From the sequence record SRR22947725_1903: DNA of 34,130 nt. One strand, 5' to 3'. The stretch's first letter is position 1. Each line of letters opens with the position of its first letter. A program made the position numbers and the translations under genes. Below are positions 20,501 to 30,795 of the stretch, one piece after another. The notes below the pieces were generated by a model that saw nothing but the letters and a program-made list of their open reading frames with translations, did no database searches and was not told the DNA's origin.

Positions 20501-21538
20501 TTAATTCTTGTTGTTTGAATAGTGTGTGGTTGCACAATCACGTAAGCGTTGTGCGGCTTGCTCAGCGGTGATGTCACGCTGGGGATTGGCAAACATCTCA
20601 TAGCCCACCATAAATTTCTTAACCTCAGCTGAGCGAAGTAAGGGCGGATAAAACGACATATGCATATGCCAGTGGCTGTTATCCCTTCCATCTGTAGGCG
20701 ATTGGTGTATGCCTGCAGAATACGGAAATGAGGTCTCAAAAAGGTTGTCATATTTGATGGTGAGTGCTTTTAGGATGCTTGCATAATCCGATACTTCTTG
20801 CTGTGAGAGTTCTAAAATAGAAGTAACATGTCTTTTGGGCACAATCATCGCCTCAAACGGCCATACCGCCCAATAAGGGACTAATGCTACAAAATGTTCG
20901 TTTTCCAAAACGATGCGCTCTTGTGTTTCGAGTTCTTGTTTAAGGTAACCTCCCAATAAACTGCTGTTTTTTTGTTCCCAATAGCTTTTTTGGCGCACTA
21001 CCTTTTTCTGTACCTCTTGCGGAATGGAGCGTTGTGCCCATATCTGTCCATGTGGGTGTGGGTTAGAGCAGCCCATAATCGCCCCTTTGTTCTCAAAGAT
21101 CTGTACGTGATTGATGTTTGGGTCACTCCCAAGGTCAGTGTATTCCTTTTGCCAAAGGTTTATTACCTCAATAATATCACCAACCTCCATTAGTGGCAGC
21201 GTCAGACTATGATTGGAGGAATAGCAAATGACCTTACACTTTCCTGACTCGCTTTCGGCTTCTAACAGTCCCTCTTTAAAAGTTTCTTCTGGACCTTCAA
21301 GAAGGGCTGCAAAATCGTTTTGAAAGCTGTATGTGCCTGTGTAGTCTGGGTTTTTGGCACCTCCTGCGCGCTCATTGCCCGGGCATAGATAACAGTTGGT
21401 ATCGTATTCCAAGCGTTCCACTTCTTGAGGCTTGTCTTTTTTGCCTTGCCATGGGCGTTTGGTGCGGTGTGGAGATACCAGTACCCATTCGCCAGTGAGG
21501 ATGTTTTTTCTTCTGTGTGGGGTGTTGTTAAAATCCAT
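20501..21538 (-). CDS. galT: Galactose-1-phosphate uridylyltransferase
   Basis: [47 protein letters not shown] (HPH active site), KFMVGYE. Confidence 0.97.
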   Translation of the reverse strand: MDFNNTPHRRKNILTGEWVLVSPHRTKRPWQGKKDKPQEVERLEYDTNCYLCPGNERAGGAKNPDYTGTYSFQNDFAALLEGPEETFKEGLLEAESESGKCKVICYSSNHSLTLPLMEVGDIIEVINLWQKEYTDLGSDPNINHVQIFENKGAIMGCSNPHPHGQIWAQRSIPQEVQKKVVRQKSYWEQKNSSLLGGYLKQELETQERIVLENEHFVALVPYWAVWPFEAMIVPKRHVTSILELSQQEVSDYASILKALTIKYDNLFETSFPYSAGIHQSPTDGRDNSHWHMHMSFYPPLLRSAEVKKFMVGYEMFANPQRDITAEQAAQRLRDCATTHYSNNKN

Positions 21539-22669
21539 CTATGACTCAGAATTTACAGTTTCTACGCCATTAGAGGTTGCTACCAATATGGAGGTAAGGT
21601 TAATATCAAACTTTTGTTTGTAGGCTTTGCTTGCCAAATCCATAAACTCATTGACAAAGCCTTCTTCCACTAGGTTGATGGTACAACCGCCAAAACCACC
21701 ACCCATCATACGGCTACCCACCACCTGCGGGATGTCTTTTGATAGGTCCACTAAAAAATCGAGTTCACGGCAGCTTACTTCATAGTTTTTGGAAAGTCCT
21801 TCGTGGGTTTGGTACATCAGCTTGCCAAATCCCTTAATATCTCCACTTTGGATAAGCTCAGCAGCCTTTAAGGTTCTGGCGTTTTCACGAGATACAAAAA
21901 GTGCCCGCTGATAGACTTTCCCAGAGAGTTTTTCCTTGTAAGTCTCAATGGTTGCTTCTGGAACATCGGCTAAAAATGGATACTGAGGATGATCTTTTTG
22001 AATAACAGCAAGGGCTTCTTCACATTCTTCTCTTCGCGTGTTGTACTCGCTTGTAGCAAGGTTATGCGACACATTGGTGTTTAGTAGCAATATCTTATAA
22101 GGCGCAAACTCTGCATCGATGAGCTTATAGTCTAAGGTCTCACAGTTGAGAAGTAATAGTTTTTTACGCTTGCCCATTGTGACCGCAAACTGATCCATCA
22201 CTCCGCACTTGGTACCCACAAAGTTGTGCTCTGCCATGCGAGAGATCTCAATAAGCTCCAAATTGGAAAGCCCCAAATCAAACAAATCATTTAAGCCTTT
22301 GGCTACCCCACATTCTAGTGCAGCCGATGAGCTGATACCGGCCCCAATCGGAAGTTCACTGGATATCACACAATCAAAACCTCCAAGCTGATCAGGACGA
22401 GCTTTTACAACCCCATCGACAACGCCAAGTACATAGTTTTCCCAATGGGTATCGCTGATTTGTAAGGGCTTGTTGATATCAAAAGTAAAAGCGCCTTCAT
22501 CTTCGGAGTTAACCCGACATAGGCTGTTATCCTTTTTACGAAACCACATGGTGACTTTGCGATCAATAGCTGCTGGAAGCACATGCCCACCATTGTAATC
22601 GATATGCTCGCCAATTAGGTTGATGCGGCCAGGGGATTTTACAATGATGTCGGATTCATTGGTGTTCAT
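21539..22669 (-). CDS. galK: Galactokinase
   Basis: PGRINLIGEH.DY, PIGAGISSSAA (GHMP motif), CGVMDQ, GSRMMGGGFGGC. ATG at 22669 (the ORF track starts at TTG 22675). Confidence 0.97.
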   Translation of the reverse strand: MNTNESDIIVKSPGRINLIGEHIDYNGGHVLPAAIDRKVTMWFRKKDNSLCRVNSEDEGAFTFDINKPLQISDTHWENYVLGVVDGVVKARPDQLGGFDCVISSELPIGAGISSSAALECGVAKGLNDLFDLGLSNLELIEISRMAEHNFVGTKCGVMDQFAVTMGKRKKLLLLNCETLDYKLIDAEFAPYKILLLNTNVSHNLATSEYNTRREECEEALAVIQKDHPQYPFLADVPEATIETYKEKLSGKVYQRALFVSRENARTLKAAELIQSGDIKGFGKLMYQTHEGLSKNYEVSCRELDFLVDLSKDIPQVVGSRMMGGGFGGCTINLVEEGFVNEFMDLASKAYKQKFDINLTSILVATSNGVETVNSES

Positions 22670-22750
22670 GGTCAATGGTGATGTTTATTGGAAAATTAGT
22701 CTTTTTGAGCGCATTGAATGCGACAATGATAATAAACGTATAAGTATGAA

Positions 22751-24322
22751 CTATTTTACAATTTTTAACTGTTGATTTAAAATACTAGAAAGTTTTTGTT
22801 TGACAGTCTTATGTTCAGCACTACTTGATAGATTATACCATTCGTGAGGGTCTTTTTTGTGATCATAAAGCTCTTCATTACCATTCGCATATTTAATATA
22901 TCTATATCTTTTTCCTCTTACAGATAGGTGTTGTCGCTCAGGGAATTGAGACCTCCAGCTTGCAATTACTGTTAATGCCGCATCAGGACCATCCCACGAT
23001 TTGGTTTTAGGATTTTTTAAAAATGGCTCTAAACTGAATCCATCTAACTGGTTTTTTTCGTTTAGTATAAGGTTTGAAACATTGTTTCCTGTAAGGGTTA
23101 GTATTGTGGGATAAATATCTAGTAATGAAACCGGATGGTTTACTTTATTTCCTGCATTTGCGCTGTATTTTGGTGCTTTTATAATTAGTGGTACGCGTGT
23201 CGTTTCTTCCCACAGATTGTACTTCCATAGATATTTTTTTTCCCCTAAATTGTATCCGTGATCGCTAAAGAGAATAACAATTGTATTGTTGGCAAACTTC
23301 GAATTTTCTAATGCTTCAAGCAGTTCCCCAACACGATCATCAGCAAAAGCAACGCTTGCCAAATAGGCCTGTGTGTATTTTTTAAGTGCAAGCTCCTTTG
23401 ATTCATATCCTTCAACTAAACCTATATATGCCTTTCTACCTCTTGACATTCCACCTTTCTTAAGGTTGTTGTTTTCTAAAAAAGTATCCGCATAATCTTC
23501 CTCTTTTATTTGTGACGTTTGAATCTTTTTTAATGGAAACATATCAAAGTATTTTTGCGGAACCACTAAGGGGGTGTGGGGTCTGTGAAGACCAATGGCC
23601 ATGAAGAAGGGATCGCTGGCGTTCTCTTTTTCAAGCTTTTCCAATTGTTTTTTGGTCCAAATAGTACTTTTCTCATCCGTCATTAAATCTCTATCTGTAT
23701 CATTTACATATCGAAATGGTTTACCTCCCCAGCTACCATTATACCATCCTTTTGCTCCAGGTGCATCATCAGAAGATGAAACTTCTGGGATGTCTGCCAA
23801 AGAGAAAAATGTTGCATCAAGAGCTCCTAATTCACGCATACCTTTTGGAGATGAGGGATGCGGAACTGATTTTTTACCATTAAATGCTATGGGGCCATAA
23901 TCTTTTTTAATACCCATAAGGCTCCAAGCACCTTTTTTTGGGCTATGGAACACCTTTCCAGATTGCATACTAACATATCCGTTTGCAGTGAAAAACTCAG
24001 GAAGGGTGGTTGCTTGCGCCAACAAATCATTTTTCAACCAATTGGAGAAACCCCACATCCGAGAGCGCAATGGAGAAATGCCTGTCATAAAGCTTGCTCT
24101 GGATGGTTGGCATACAGGAACATTGGCATGTGCGTTTGTAAACAAAATACCTTCTTTAGCAAGCCTATCAATGTTAGGGGTTTTTGCCTGTGGATGCCCA
24201 TCCAAAACACCCACATAATCATTGAGGTCATCCAAAACAATCATTAACACATTGGGTTTTTCTTGCCCAGTTAAGTTTGAGATATTAAAAATAAATAGAA
24301 AAAGTAATGCGTATTTAATCAT
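22751..24322 (-). CDS. S1 sulfatase, S1_7/S1_81-like
   Basis: ATG at 24322 gives a signal peptide and an 8-nt overlap with the upstream stop; LDDLNDY, CQPSRAS..TG, GLHRPHTP, SDHGY.LGEK. Confidence 0.92.
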   Translation of the reverse strand: MIKYALLFLFIFNISNLTGQEKPNVLMIVLDDLNDYVGVLDGHPQAKTPNIDRLAKEGILFTNAHANVPVCQPSRASFMTGISPLRSRMWGFSNWLKNDLLAQATTLPEFFTANGYVSMQSGKVFHSPKKGAWSLMGIKKDYGPIAFNGKKSVPHPSSPKGMRELGALDATFFSLADIPEVSSSDDAPGAKGWYNGSWGGKPFRYVNDTDRDLMTDEKSTIWTKKQLEKLEKENASDPFFMAIGLHRPHTPLVVPQKYFDMFPLKKIQTSQIKEEDYADTFLENNNLKKGGMSRGRKAYIGLVEGYESKELALKKYTQAYLASVAFADDRVGELLEALENSKFANNTIVILFSDHGYNLGEKKYLWKYNLWEETTRVPLIIKAPKYSANAGNKVNHPVSLLDIYPTILTLTGNNVSNLILNEKNQLDGFSLEPFLKNPKTKSWDGPDAALTVIASWRSQFPERQHLSVRGKRYRYIKYANGNEELYDHKKDPHEWYNLSSSAEHKTVKQKLSSILNQQLKIVK

Positions 24323-25727
24323 GAGATTTACTTTGGATTCGTAACCACCATTTATCATTTCCAAGAGTTGGAAACACTCTGTCTTTAAGTTGTACATTCC
24401 ACTTGTCCCACTCTTTTTGAATTTCTTGCACCTTTTTAGAATTAGAACCCTTGATGTTTTCTTTTTCTGAAACGTCTTTCTTTAAGTTGTAAAATTCTGT
24501 CTCTGCGTTTTTCTTTACTTTAAGTAACTTATAATCGGCATTAATGGCAGCCATCGCATTTTGCTCCCACTTGCGCCAAAACAAATATTCATGTGGCGCT
24601 CCTTTCTTTTTACCTGTCAAATATGGAATTATATTAACACCGTCTAGTGGTTTTTTTGGATTTGTTTTAATGTCTAAAATATCAACTATTGACGCCATAA
24701 TGTCTAGTGACGAAACGGACTCTTCATAACTTGTATTTGCAGGAATTACGCCTTTCCATTGCATGGCAAATGGCACTCTTAAACCTCCTTCGTAAACACT
24801 TCCTTTAGTTCCTCTAAGCGGTGTATTTTGAGAAGCATTGTTATGTGCACCTCCGTTGTCAGATAAAAAAACTATTAGCGTATTTTCTTCGATTCCATTA
24901 TCCTTAAGGGTTCGAAGTACATTGCCGACACCATCATCTACAGCACTAACCATAGCTGCATAAGTCTTTCTTTTTTTATCCTCGATGTCTGGGAATCTTG
25001 ATAGATATTTTTCAGTCGCATGCATAGGTGTATGTGGAGCGTTATAGGCGAGAAATAAGAAAAAGGACTGGTTATTTTCAGCTTGCTTGTTAATAAAGCG
25101 AAGGCCTGCCTCACTGAGTTCATCTGTTAAGTAGTCGGTTTTATAATCCTCAAATTCAAGTGTTTTATGATTTTCCCGTAACTTGGTCTTATACCAAGCC
25201 CATTTGGATTTAACATTTTCAAGATTTTCAATAGTCAATTGATTCATAAAGTAATTATGCCCTCCAGATAAAAAACCATAGAAATAATCAAAGCCTCTTT
25301 TAAGAGGATGGAAATTTGGATGTGTGCCCAAATGCCATTTTCCCACAATAGCACTTTTGTAACCCTCTTTGTGTAAAACCTCAGCTATTGTTTTTTCATC
25401 AAGTGGAAGACCAGCAATATCATTTGTCGGATCAATAGTAGGGTTTGTTGTAAAGCCAAATCTGTCTTGATATCTCCCAGTGATAAAACCAGCTCGGCTA
25501 GGTCCACAAACTGGAAATGACACATAACCATTAACTATATGGGCACCGTTGTAAGCAATGGAATCAATATTTGGTGTAGGGATGTCTTTACAGCCATTAA
25601 ACCCAACATCTGCATAACCCATGTCATCGGTCATGATAACAATCAGGTTGGGTTTGTCTTTATCTTGCTGAGCCGAAAGCAACAAACCCGACAACATAAT
25701 TAATGTTAAAAAAAATTTAGACTCCAT
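24315..25727 (-). CDS. S1 sulfatase, S1_19-like (candidate carrageenan galactose-4-sulfatase)
   Basis: TDDMGYADVGFNG...IPTP.ID, CGPSRAGFITGRYQ.RFGF..NP, GKWHLG, LAYNAPH.P, SDNGG, YEGG.RVP. Closely resembles S1_19 carrageenan sulfatases (recall). Confidence 0.92.
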   Translation of the reverse strand: MESKFFLTLIMLSGLLLSAQQDKDKPNLIVIMTDDMGYADVGFNGCKDIPTPNIDSIAYNGAHIVNGYVSFPVCGPSRAGFITGRYQDRFGFTTNPTIDPTNDIAGLPLDEKTIAEVLHKEGYKSAIVGKWHLGTHPNFHPLKRGFDYFYGFLSGGHNYFMNQLTIENLENVKSKWAWYKTKLRENHKTLEFEDYKTDYLTDELSEAGLRFINKQAENNQSFFLFLAYNAPHTPMHATEKYLSRFPDIEDKKRKTYAAMVSAVDDGVGNVLRTLKDNGIEENTLIVFLSDNGGAHNNASQNTPLRGTKGSVYEGGLRVPFAMQWKGVIPANTSYEESVSSLDIMASIVDILDIKTNPKKPLDGVNIIPYLTGKKKGAPHEYLFWRKWEQNAMAAINADYKLLKVKKNAETEFYNLKKDVSEKENIKGSNSKKVQEIQKEWDKWNVQLKDRVFPTLGNDKWWLRIQSKSHD

Positions 25728-25729
25728 GT

Positions 25730-27328
25730 TTATTTTAATATTTGATTAAGTTGGTTTCGCAACAATTTTAGCTTTTTTCTATAATTTTTTTCATTGACCA
25801 CATTGTACCATTCGTATGGATCTTTTTTGTTGCAATACAACTCTTCTTTACCATTTGAATATCTAATGTATCTGTAATCAATTGTGCGCAGGGTGTAATT
25901 CTGCTTTTCTTTTGGCACCTGATTACCATAATTTCCTATAATCGTCAATGCATAATCTGGACCGACCCAATTTTTCGTATTAGGATTCTCTAAAAATGCG
26001 CGCAAGGAATACCCGCCCAAATTTCCACCGGAATTTGATTTTTTGGTGTTACCTGATAGGAAGCAATAGTCAATTAATGTTGGAAAAATATCAATTAGTG
26101 ACACTGGATGGTTTACCACACCTTTCACTTCGCTATTAGGAATGCGGAGAATGTACGGAATACGTGTACTTTCTTCCCAAGGAGAATTCTTAAATAAATG
26201 ATTTTTCTCGCCTAAATGCCAACCATGATCACTCGTCAAAATAACAATGGTATTGTTATTCAAACCTGTTGACTCTAGAGAATCTAATATTTTACCAACC
26301 TGATCATCAACAAATGTGATACATGCTAAGTAAGCTTGCAGGAAATATTTAAGAGCCAATTCTCTGTCTCCCCCATAAGAATCTACCAATGTTTTTAACA
26401 GCAATGGCCCTTTAAGATTTCCTCCTCTGTATCCATAAACTGTTTTTACATCACCCTCAAGTGATAAATCTCCTTGAAAATTTTCTTTCCAAAAGGTGTC
26501 CAACTCATCGCCGTCGAGCCAATTATCAAGCTCAATTTCATCGATTGGATACATATCAAAATATTCGTCGGGGGCATGAAGCGGTGTATGAGGCCTCACA
26601 AAGCCTATACCCATAAAAAAAGGCTTTGCTGTTTTGTTATTTGCAATTTTTTTGAACTTTTCAATGGCCCATTGAGCATGTAATTCTCCTTGAAGTAGGT
26701 CTCTGTCATCGTTGCCTTGAAATCTGTACGGCTTCTTGTCCCACCCATAAACCAAACCGATTTCTCCATATTTACCACTAGATACACCTGCCGCAGAAAT
26801 GCGTCCGTATGAACCGTCTATGGTTCCAATTTGACGGTAGGGATCTGGCACCGTTGGCAATACGCCAATTTTTTCACCATCAAAGTAAAAAGGACCATAA
26901 TTGTGTTTGGGATTATTGCCCCATTCTTGCCAATGTTGTTGAGGTGCCCCATGAGTTAACTTGCCAGTACCAAGCGTTTGATAGCCGTTTTCAGCAAAAT
27001 ATTCCATCATGGTTTTGTTGTGCTTAAGCACAGGTTGTTTTGACATAGGTGTCCAGCCAAAATCTCCAGAATCGTGTGGATAAACTCCTGTAAACAAACT
27101 GTTTCTAGAAGGCTGACAAACAGGTACGTTGGTATGTGCATTAGAAAACTGTACGCCTGATGCTGCCAAGCGATCCATATTGGGTGTTTTAACATCAGGA
27201 TGTCCACCAAAAGCACCAACATAATCGTTAAGATCATCTGCCATAATCAACAATACATTTGGCTGTTCTTGTGATGTGCCTAAAAAAGACAAAGAGATGA
27301 GAGAAAAAATTAAAATATGTCTTATCAT
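25730..27328 (-). CDS. S1 sulfatase, S1_7/S1_81-like
   Basis: Signal peptide; ADDLNDY, CQPSRNSLFTG, GFVRPHTP, TSDHGWHLGEK. Confidence 0.92.
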   Translation of the reverse strand: MIRHILIFSLISLSFLGTSQEQPNVLLIMADDLNDYVGAFGGHPDVKTPNMDRLAASGVQFSNAHTNVPVCQPSRNSLFTGVYPHDSGDFGWTPMSKQPVLKHNKTMMEYFAENGYQTLGTGKLTHGAPQQHWQEWGNNPKHNYGPFYFDGEKIGVLPTVPDPYRQIGTIDGSYGRISAAGVSSGKYGEIGLVYGWDKKPYRFQGNDDRDLLQGELHAQWAIEKFKKIANNKTAKPFFMGIGFVRPHTPLHAPDEYFDMYPIDEIELDNWLDGDELDTFWKENFQGDLSLEGDVKTVYGYRGGNLKGPLLLKTLVDSYGGDRELALKYFLQAYLACITFVDDQVGKILDSLESTGLNNNTIVILTSDHGWHLGEKNHLFKNSPWEESTRIPYILRIPNSEVKGVVNHPVSLIDIFPTLIDYCFLSGNTKKSNSGGNLGGYSLRAFLENPNTKNWVGPDYALTIIGNYGNQVPKEKQNYTLRTIDYRYIRYSNGKEELYCNKKDPYEWYNVVNEKNYRKKLKLLRNQLNQILK

Positions 27329-27362
27329 GTCGTGTTTTTATGGATGGTTCGATACAACTATT

Positions 27363-27429
27363 CAAAATAAATAAAACAATGGAATAGTAAGGTGCTAAAA
27401 ATTACCCATGATTTTGTGCTGATTAACAT
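27363..27429 (-). promoter_or_regulatory. Promoter of the three-sulfatase operon: tandem activator boxes plus -7 box
   Basis: ATGTTAA (27429-27423) and TGGGTAA (27408-27402) are 21 nt apart; TTATTTTG at 27370-27363 (offset 42). Confidence 0.65.
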
Positions 27430-27442
27430 ATATTCAATGTCT

Positions 27443-29302
27443 TTATTTTTGTTTGATATAATCTATTTCAACCAAGTCATTTTTCTTGCCTCGAAACGAA
27501 ATTTTTAGCTTTGTCGTACCGCTCAAACTCATGTTTTTGTTCAGAGGAATCAAAACTTCTTCAAAAGATGAATTACCCGAATATTCTGCACTACCCAAGT
27601 CACCATGATCATTTGCAACAAAAATTTTCAAGTTGGCGTTTGATTTCATTTTAATGGCAATGATTTTTTGATGATTTGCCTCTCTAATTTGTAATCCTTC
27701 TTTATAAATAGTGCCCTTTTTGCTATCAAGTTTAAAGTCCAGATAGCCCAAACTACCCGCCAAATTGGAAGAAATATCTGTCGATCTCCAACCCTCGGTT
27801 TGCCAACCACCACAATCAAATTCAAAATAAAGAATCCCATCATTTCGGTTTCTGTTGTTGGCTATTTCCCATCTGTCAGACAAACCATCTCCATCTGAAT
27901 CCACGCGATATTTTTCGTATTCTGGATTAACTCCTTCACCCCATTTTTTTCCATCGCCATTTGCTTTAAGATTTGCAATAGGCTCAGCTTCTGAACCCAT
28001 GTCACCAATTGCTAACCATTGGTCTAGCAACTTACGATGCCTTTCAAGTTCTATACTAAATGTAGGATTTCCAACCAAATTATAAATCATTGTAGGGTCT
28101 TTATTTACATTATATAGTTCTTCTGCAGGGCGTTCACCAAAATAAATTTCTTTATGGACTTTAGAAAGTCTTCCTGAATTGTACAAATGATGAAGGTTTT
28201 TAGTGAAGTTTTTCGAATCCCTGTATTGCGGTTGCAAAAAAATACGATCTAATTTATAATTTCGAACGTATCTGTAATTTTCAGTTCTAACCGTTCTTAC
28301 TCTGTCAATCGTATGATCTAATCGATCTTTATGTGCAGCTACAAATGATCGTGGTGTAAAGTTTTTTGAAAATAAATTTTTCCCTTCGTACCAATTTGGT
28401 ACATCAACTCCTGCCCAAGATAATGTAGTGGCAGAAAGGTCTAGCATGTTAACCAAATCATTGCGAACTTTACCGCTTGGGACATATTTATTTGGCCCCA
28501 TAACTACAAATGGCACATGCAATCCTCCTTCAGTGAGCATTTGTTTATGCCTTGGAAGGTTGTTGGCACCGTGGTCTGAAAAATAAACCACAATGGTGTT
28601 TTTGTAAAGCCCCGTGTCTTTTAGTTGCTGTATAATCTTCCCTATAATATTGTCATCTACTCGAATTGCTTCATAGTGTTGGGCTACTACCTCTTTAAAG
28701 ATTTTATTGTTTGGATAATCCGCGGGAACAGCAACATTATTCGGATTAACTTTAACTTCTTTATTTATGTTTTCAGTATTGTTTTTGCCTCCCCTAAGTT
28801 GAATTTGACCAAAGAACGGCTGTTTATTCACTAGCTCAGAGAAATCGGTTCTTTTTTTGAGCTTGTGATTATAGGTTTTACCCTGATTCCAAGCAAAATT
28901 ATAATCTGCTTTACCAAAGTTAAAAGTGGTGTACCCTTGCTCAGAAAGCAACTCAGGTAATAGTTTGTAGTTTTGAGGAAGTTGAATACGCGTTTTAGGG
29001 GTTCTAGAAGACCGGTGTTGATGTGCGCCAAAACGAATTGCTGACTGCCCAATAATCATTGCAGATCTTGTAGCAGAACAAACAGGTGCCGGAACATACG
29101 CCCTGTTAAAACGTACCCCTGCTTGCGCTATCGCGTCAATATTTGGAGTTGCATCAATGTTAACATCATTGCCGTAACATCCCATCCATGGAGAGGTATC
29201 CTCTGCATAAATCCAAAGTATGTTGGGTTTTTGAGCCTGTAAAAGTGATGTTTGGACTGTGAGAACAATGATAAAAAAATAAACAAATAAAACCCTATTC
29301 AT
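27443..29302 (-). CDS. S1 sulfatase (S1_8-like) with C-terminal DxDxDG motif and accessory beta-sandwich domain
   Basis: KPNILWIYAED.SP, CSATRSA, FSDHG, K..L.EGGL.VP, EELY...DP; extra ~155 aa after the sulfatase domain. Start 29302 (8-nt overlap) or 29308. Confidence 0.9.
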   Translation of the reverse strand: MNRVLFVYFFIIVLTVQTSLLQAQKPNILWIYAEDTSPWMGCYGNDVNIDATPNIDAIAQAGVRFNRAYVPAPVCSATRSAMIIGQSAIRFGAHQHRSSRTPKTRIQLPQNYKLLPELLSEQGYTTFNFGKADYNFAWNQGKTYNHKLKKRTDFSELVNKQPFFGQIQLRGGKNNTENINKEVKVNPNNVAVPADYPNNKIFKEVVAQHYEAIRVDDNIIGKIIQQLKDTGLYKNTIVVYFSDHGANNLPRHKQMLTEGGLHVPFVVMGPNKYVPSGKVRNDLVNMLDLSATTLSWAGVDVPNWYEGKNLFSKNFTPRSFVAAHKDRLDHTIDRVRTVRTENYRYVRNYKLDRIFLQPQYRDSKNFTKNLHHLYNSGRLSKVHKEIYFGERPAEELYNVNKDPTMIYNLVGNPTFSIELERHRKLLDQWLAIGDMGSEAEPIANLKANGDGKKWGEGVNPEYEKYRVDSDGDGLSDRWEIANNRNRNDGILYFEFDCGGWQTEGWRSTDISSNLAGSLGYLDFKLDSKKGTIYKEGLQIREANHQKIIAIKMKSNANLKIFVANDHGDLGSAEYSGNSSFEEVLIPLNKNMSLSGTTKLKISFRGKKNDLVEIDYIKQK

Positions 29303-30698
29303 TGACATTTAAATTATCGGTTCGAAATGATGAAACAGGGAGGCCATTCCTCCCAAAAAGCGTTGGTAATACACAGTTTTTGAATCCATAACGCACCGCT
29401 TTTGGATGGGGCACTTTTTCTGAAAAAACCCTGATTTTTTGATCTTTATGATAGGGACTCGTCATAACTGCGTTTGCTGGATAAAACACCATATCAGTTC
29501 CTGCTATTTCAAAATTTTCTGAGGGATCTACATTCTTGTTTAAGTGTACACGGTTTGAAAAAGTTAAAATAATCTCTTGTTCTTCAATAAAGTAATTTGT
29601 TAATGTGGGTGACTTGAAATCATATCCACTAATACCATAATCTTTAGCTAGTGCTACGTATGACAGACGCTTGCCAACTTCCCTTTTTTTTGATGGATGG
29701 ATTTGGGTGCAATCGCCAACATCTAACGTAACTACCATCTCTGCATTTTGTAAGCTTTGGCTACTCTTGAGTTGTGCTTCTCTTAAAAAAGCAGAATTAT
29801 TTTTTCCATAATTGAAAGGAGCAATCTGGACATAATAAAAAGGGAAATCTCCAATATTCCATTGTTTTCGCCATGAAGTAACCATAGCATTGACTATTTT
29901 TTCATATTCATTGGCATTAGGACGATTTGCTTCTCCTTGATACCACAAAACTCCTTTTATGCCATATCCAATAAGTGGATGTATCATGGCGTTGTATAAC
30001 ACACTTGGCGTTTGTTGCTTCATTTTGGCCATTTTTTCAGCTGATCCTAAACCTAAATCGTTTAATGTGCTAGAGTCTGTCCATGCTTCTGCTGTAGAAG
30101 CACCCCAGGCTGTCACGATTATCCCAATTGGAACATCTAATACCTTCTCAAGTTGTTGGGCAAAGAAGTATCCAACTGCGCTAAAGGATCCCGAAGTTGA
30201 AGGTGCTGCTTTTTCCCATCTACCATTGACATTGTCTATCGGCTTTAAACTTGCATTTTGTTTTACAGTAAAAAAACGGATTCTGTCGTTTTTTGAATTC
30301 ACAATTGCATCCAACCCACCTTCAATGAAATTACCATCCAATCCTCCTTTAAGAGGTAATTGCATATTAGATTGCCCCGAGATTACCCACACCTCACCAA
30401 TCAATACATCATCAATTGTTACTGTAGATGACCCCTTGATTGTAATGGTGTGTGGTCCACCCGCATTAGGAGTTGTTAATTGCATCTTCCATTTTCCATT
30501 TTTTGATGTGGTTGTTTTGGCTGTCTCTCTCCATGAGCTGACAACATTAATTTTGGTATCAACATTATCTGTGCCCCATAAATAGATGTCTTTTTGTTGC
30601 TGTAAAACCATACCATCCCCAAAGACAGTACCCACTGTGGTTTGGGCTTTAGTAACCAAGCTGAAACAAATAAGCAGAAGAAGTATTTTGACATCCAT
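29295..30698 (-). CDS. Sialate O-acetylesterase family (SASA/DUF303, SGNH) carbohydrate esterase
   Basis: Signal peptide; FGDGMVLQ, GEVW..SGQSNM, FSAVGYFF, LYNAMI.P, WYQGE.N, D...IHP..K..VG.RL, GLPVSSFRTD. Confidence 0.92.
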   Translation of the reverse strand: MDVKILLLLICFSLVTKAQTTVGTVFGDGMVLQQQKDIYLWGTDNVDTKINVVSSWRETAKTTTSKNGKWKMQLTTPNAGGPHTITIKGSSTVTIDDVLIGEVWVISGQSNMQLPLKGGLDGNFIEGGLDAIVNSKNDRIRFFTVKQNASLKPIDNVNGRWEKAAPSTSGSFSAVGYFFAQQLEKVLDVPIGIIVTAWGASTAEAWTDSSTLNDLGLGSAEKMAKMKQQTPSVLYNAMIHPLIGYGIKGVLWYQGEANRPNANEYEKIVNAMVTSWRKQWNIGDFPFYYVQIAPFNYGKNNSAFLREAQLKSSQSLQNAEMVVTLDVGDCTQIHPSKKREVGKRLSYVALAKDYGISGYDFKSPTLTNYFIEEQEIILTFSNRVHLNKNVDPSENFEIAGTDMVFYPANAVMTSPYHKDQKIRVFSEKVPHPKAVRYGFKNCVLPTLFGRNGLPVSSFRTDNLNVNE

Positions 30699-30725
30699 AT
30701 TTTTCTCAAATCACTTTTGTATAGT

Positions 30726-30792
30726 TAAAAATAAACCATAAATCAGTTGTTGTCATAATAGCAATTACCTTTTTGTCAATACAAATTATCAA
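30726..30792 (-). promoter_or_regulatory. Esterase-sulfatase operon promoter: tandem activator boxes plus -7 box
   Basis: TTGATAA (30792-30786) and AAGGTAA (30771-30765) are 21 nt apart; TATTTTTA at 30733-30726 (offset 42). Confidence 0.65.
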
Positions 30793-30795
30793 AAA

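Noticed and set aside
24323-24397. ORF-track extension of the sulfatase ending at 22751
   Set aside because: It overlaps the upstream gene by 83 nt; ATG at 24322 gives a clean signal peptide and coupled overlap.
29959-30585. 208-aa plus-strand ORF
   Set aside because: Antisense shadow of the esterase; no recognisable motifs.
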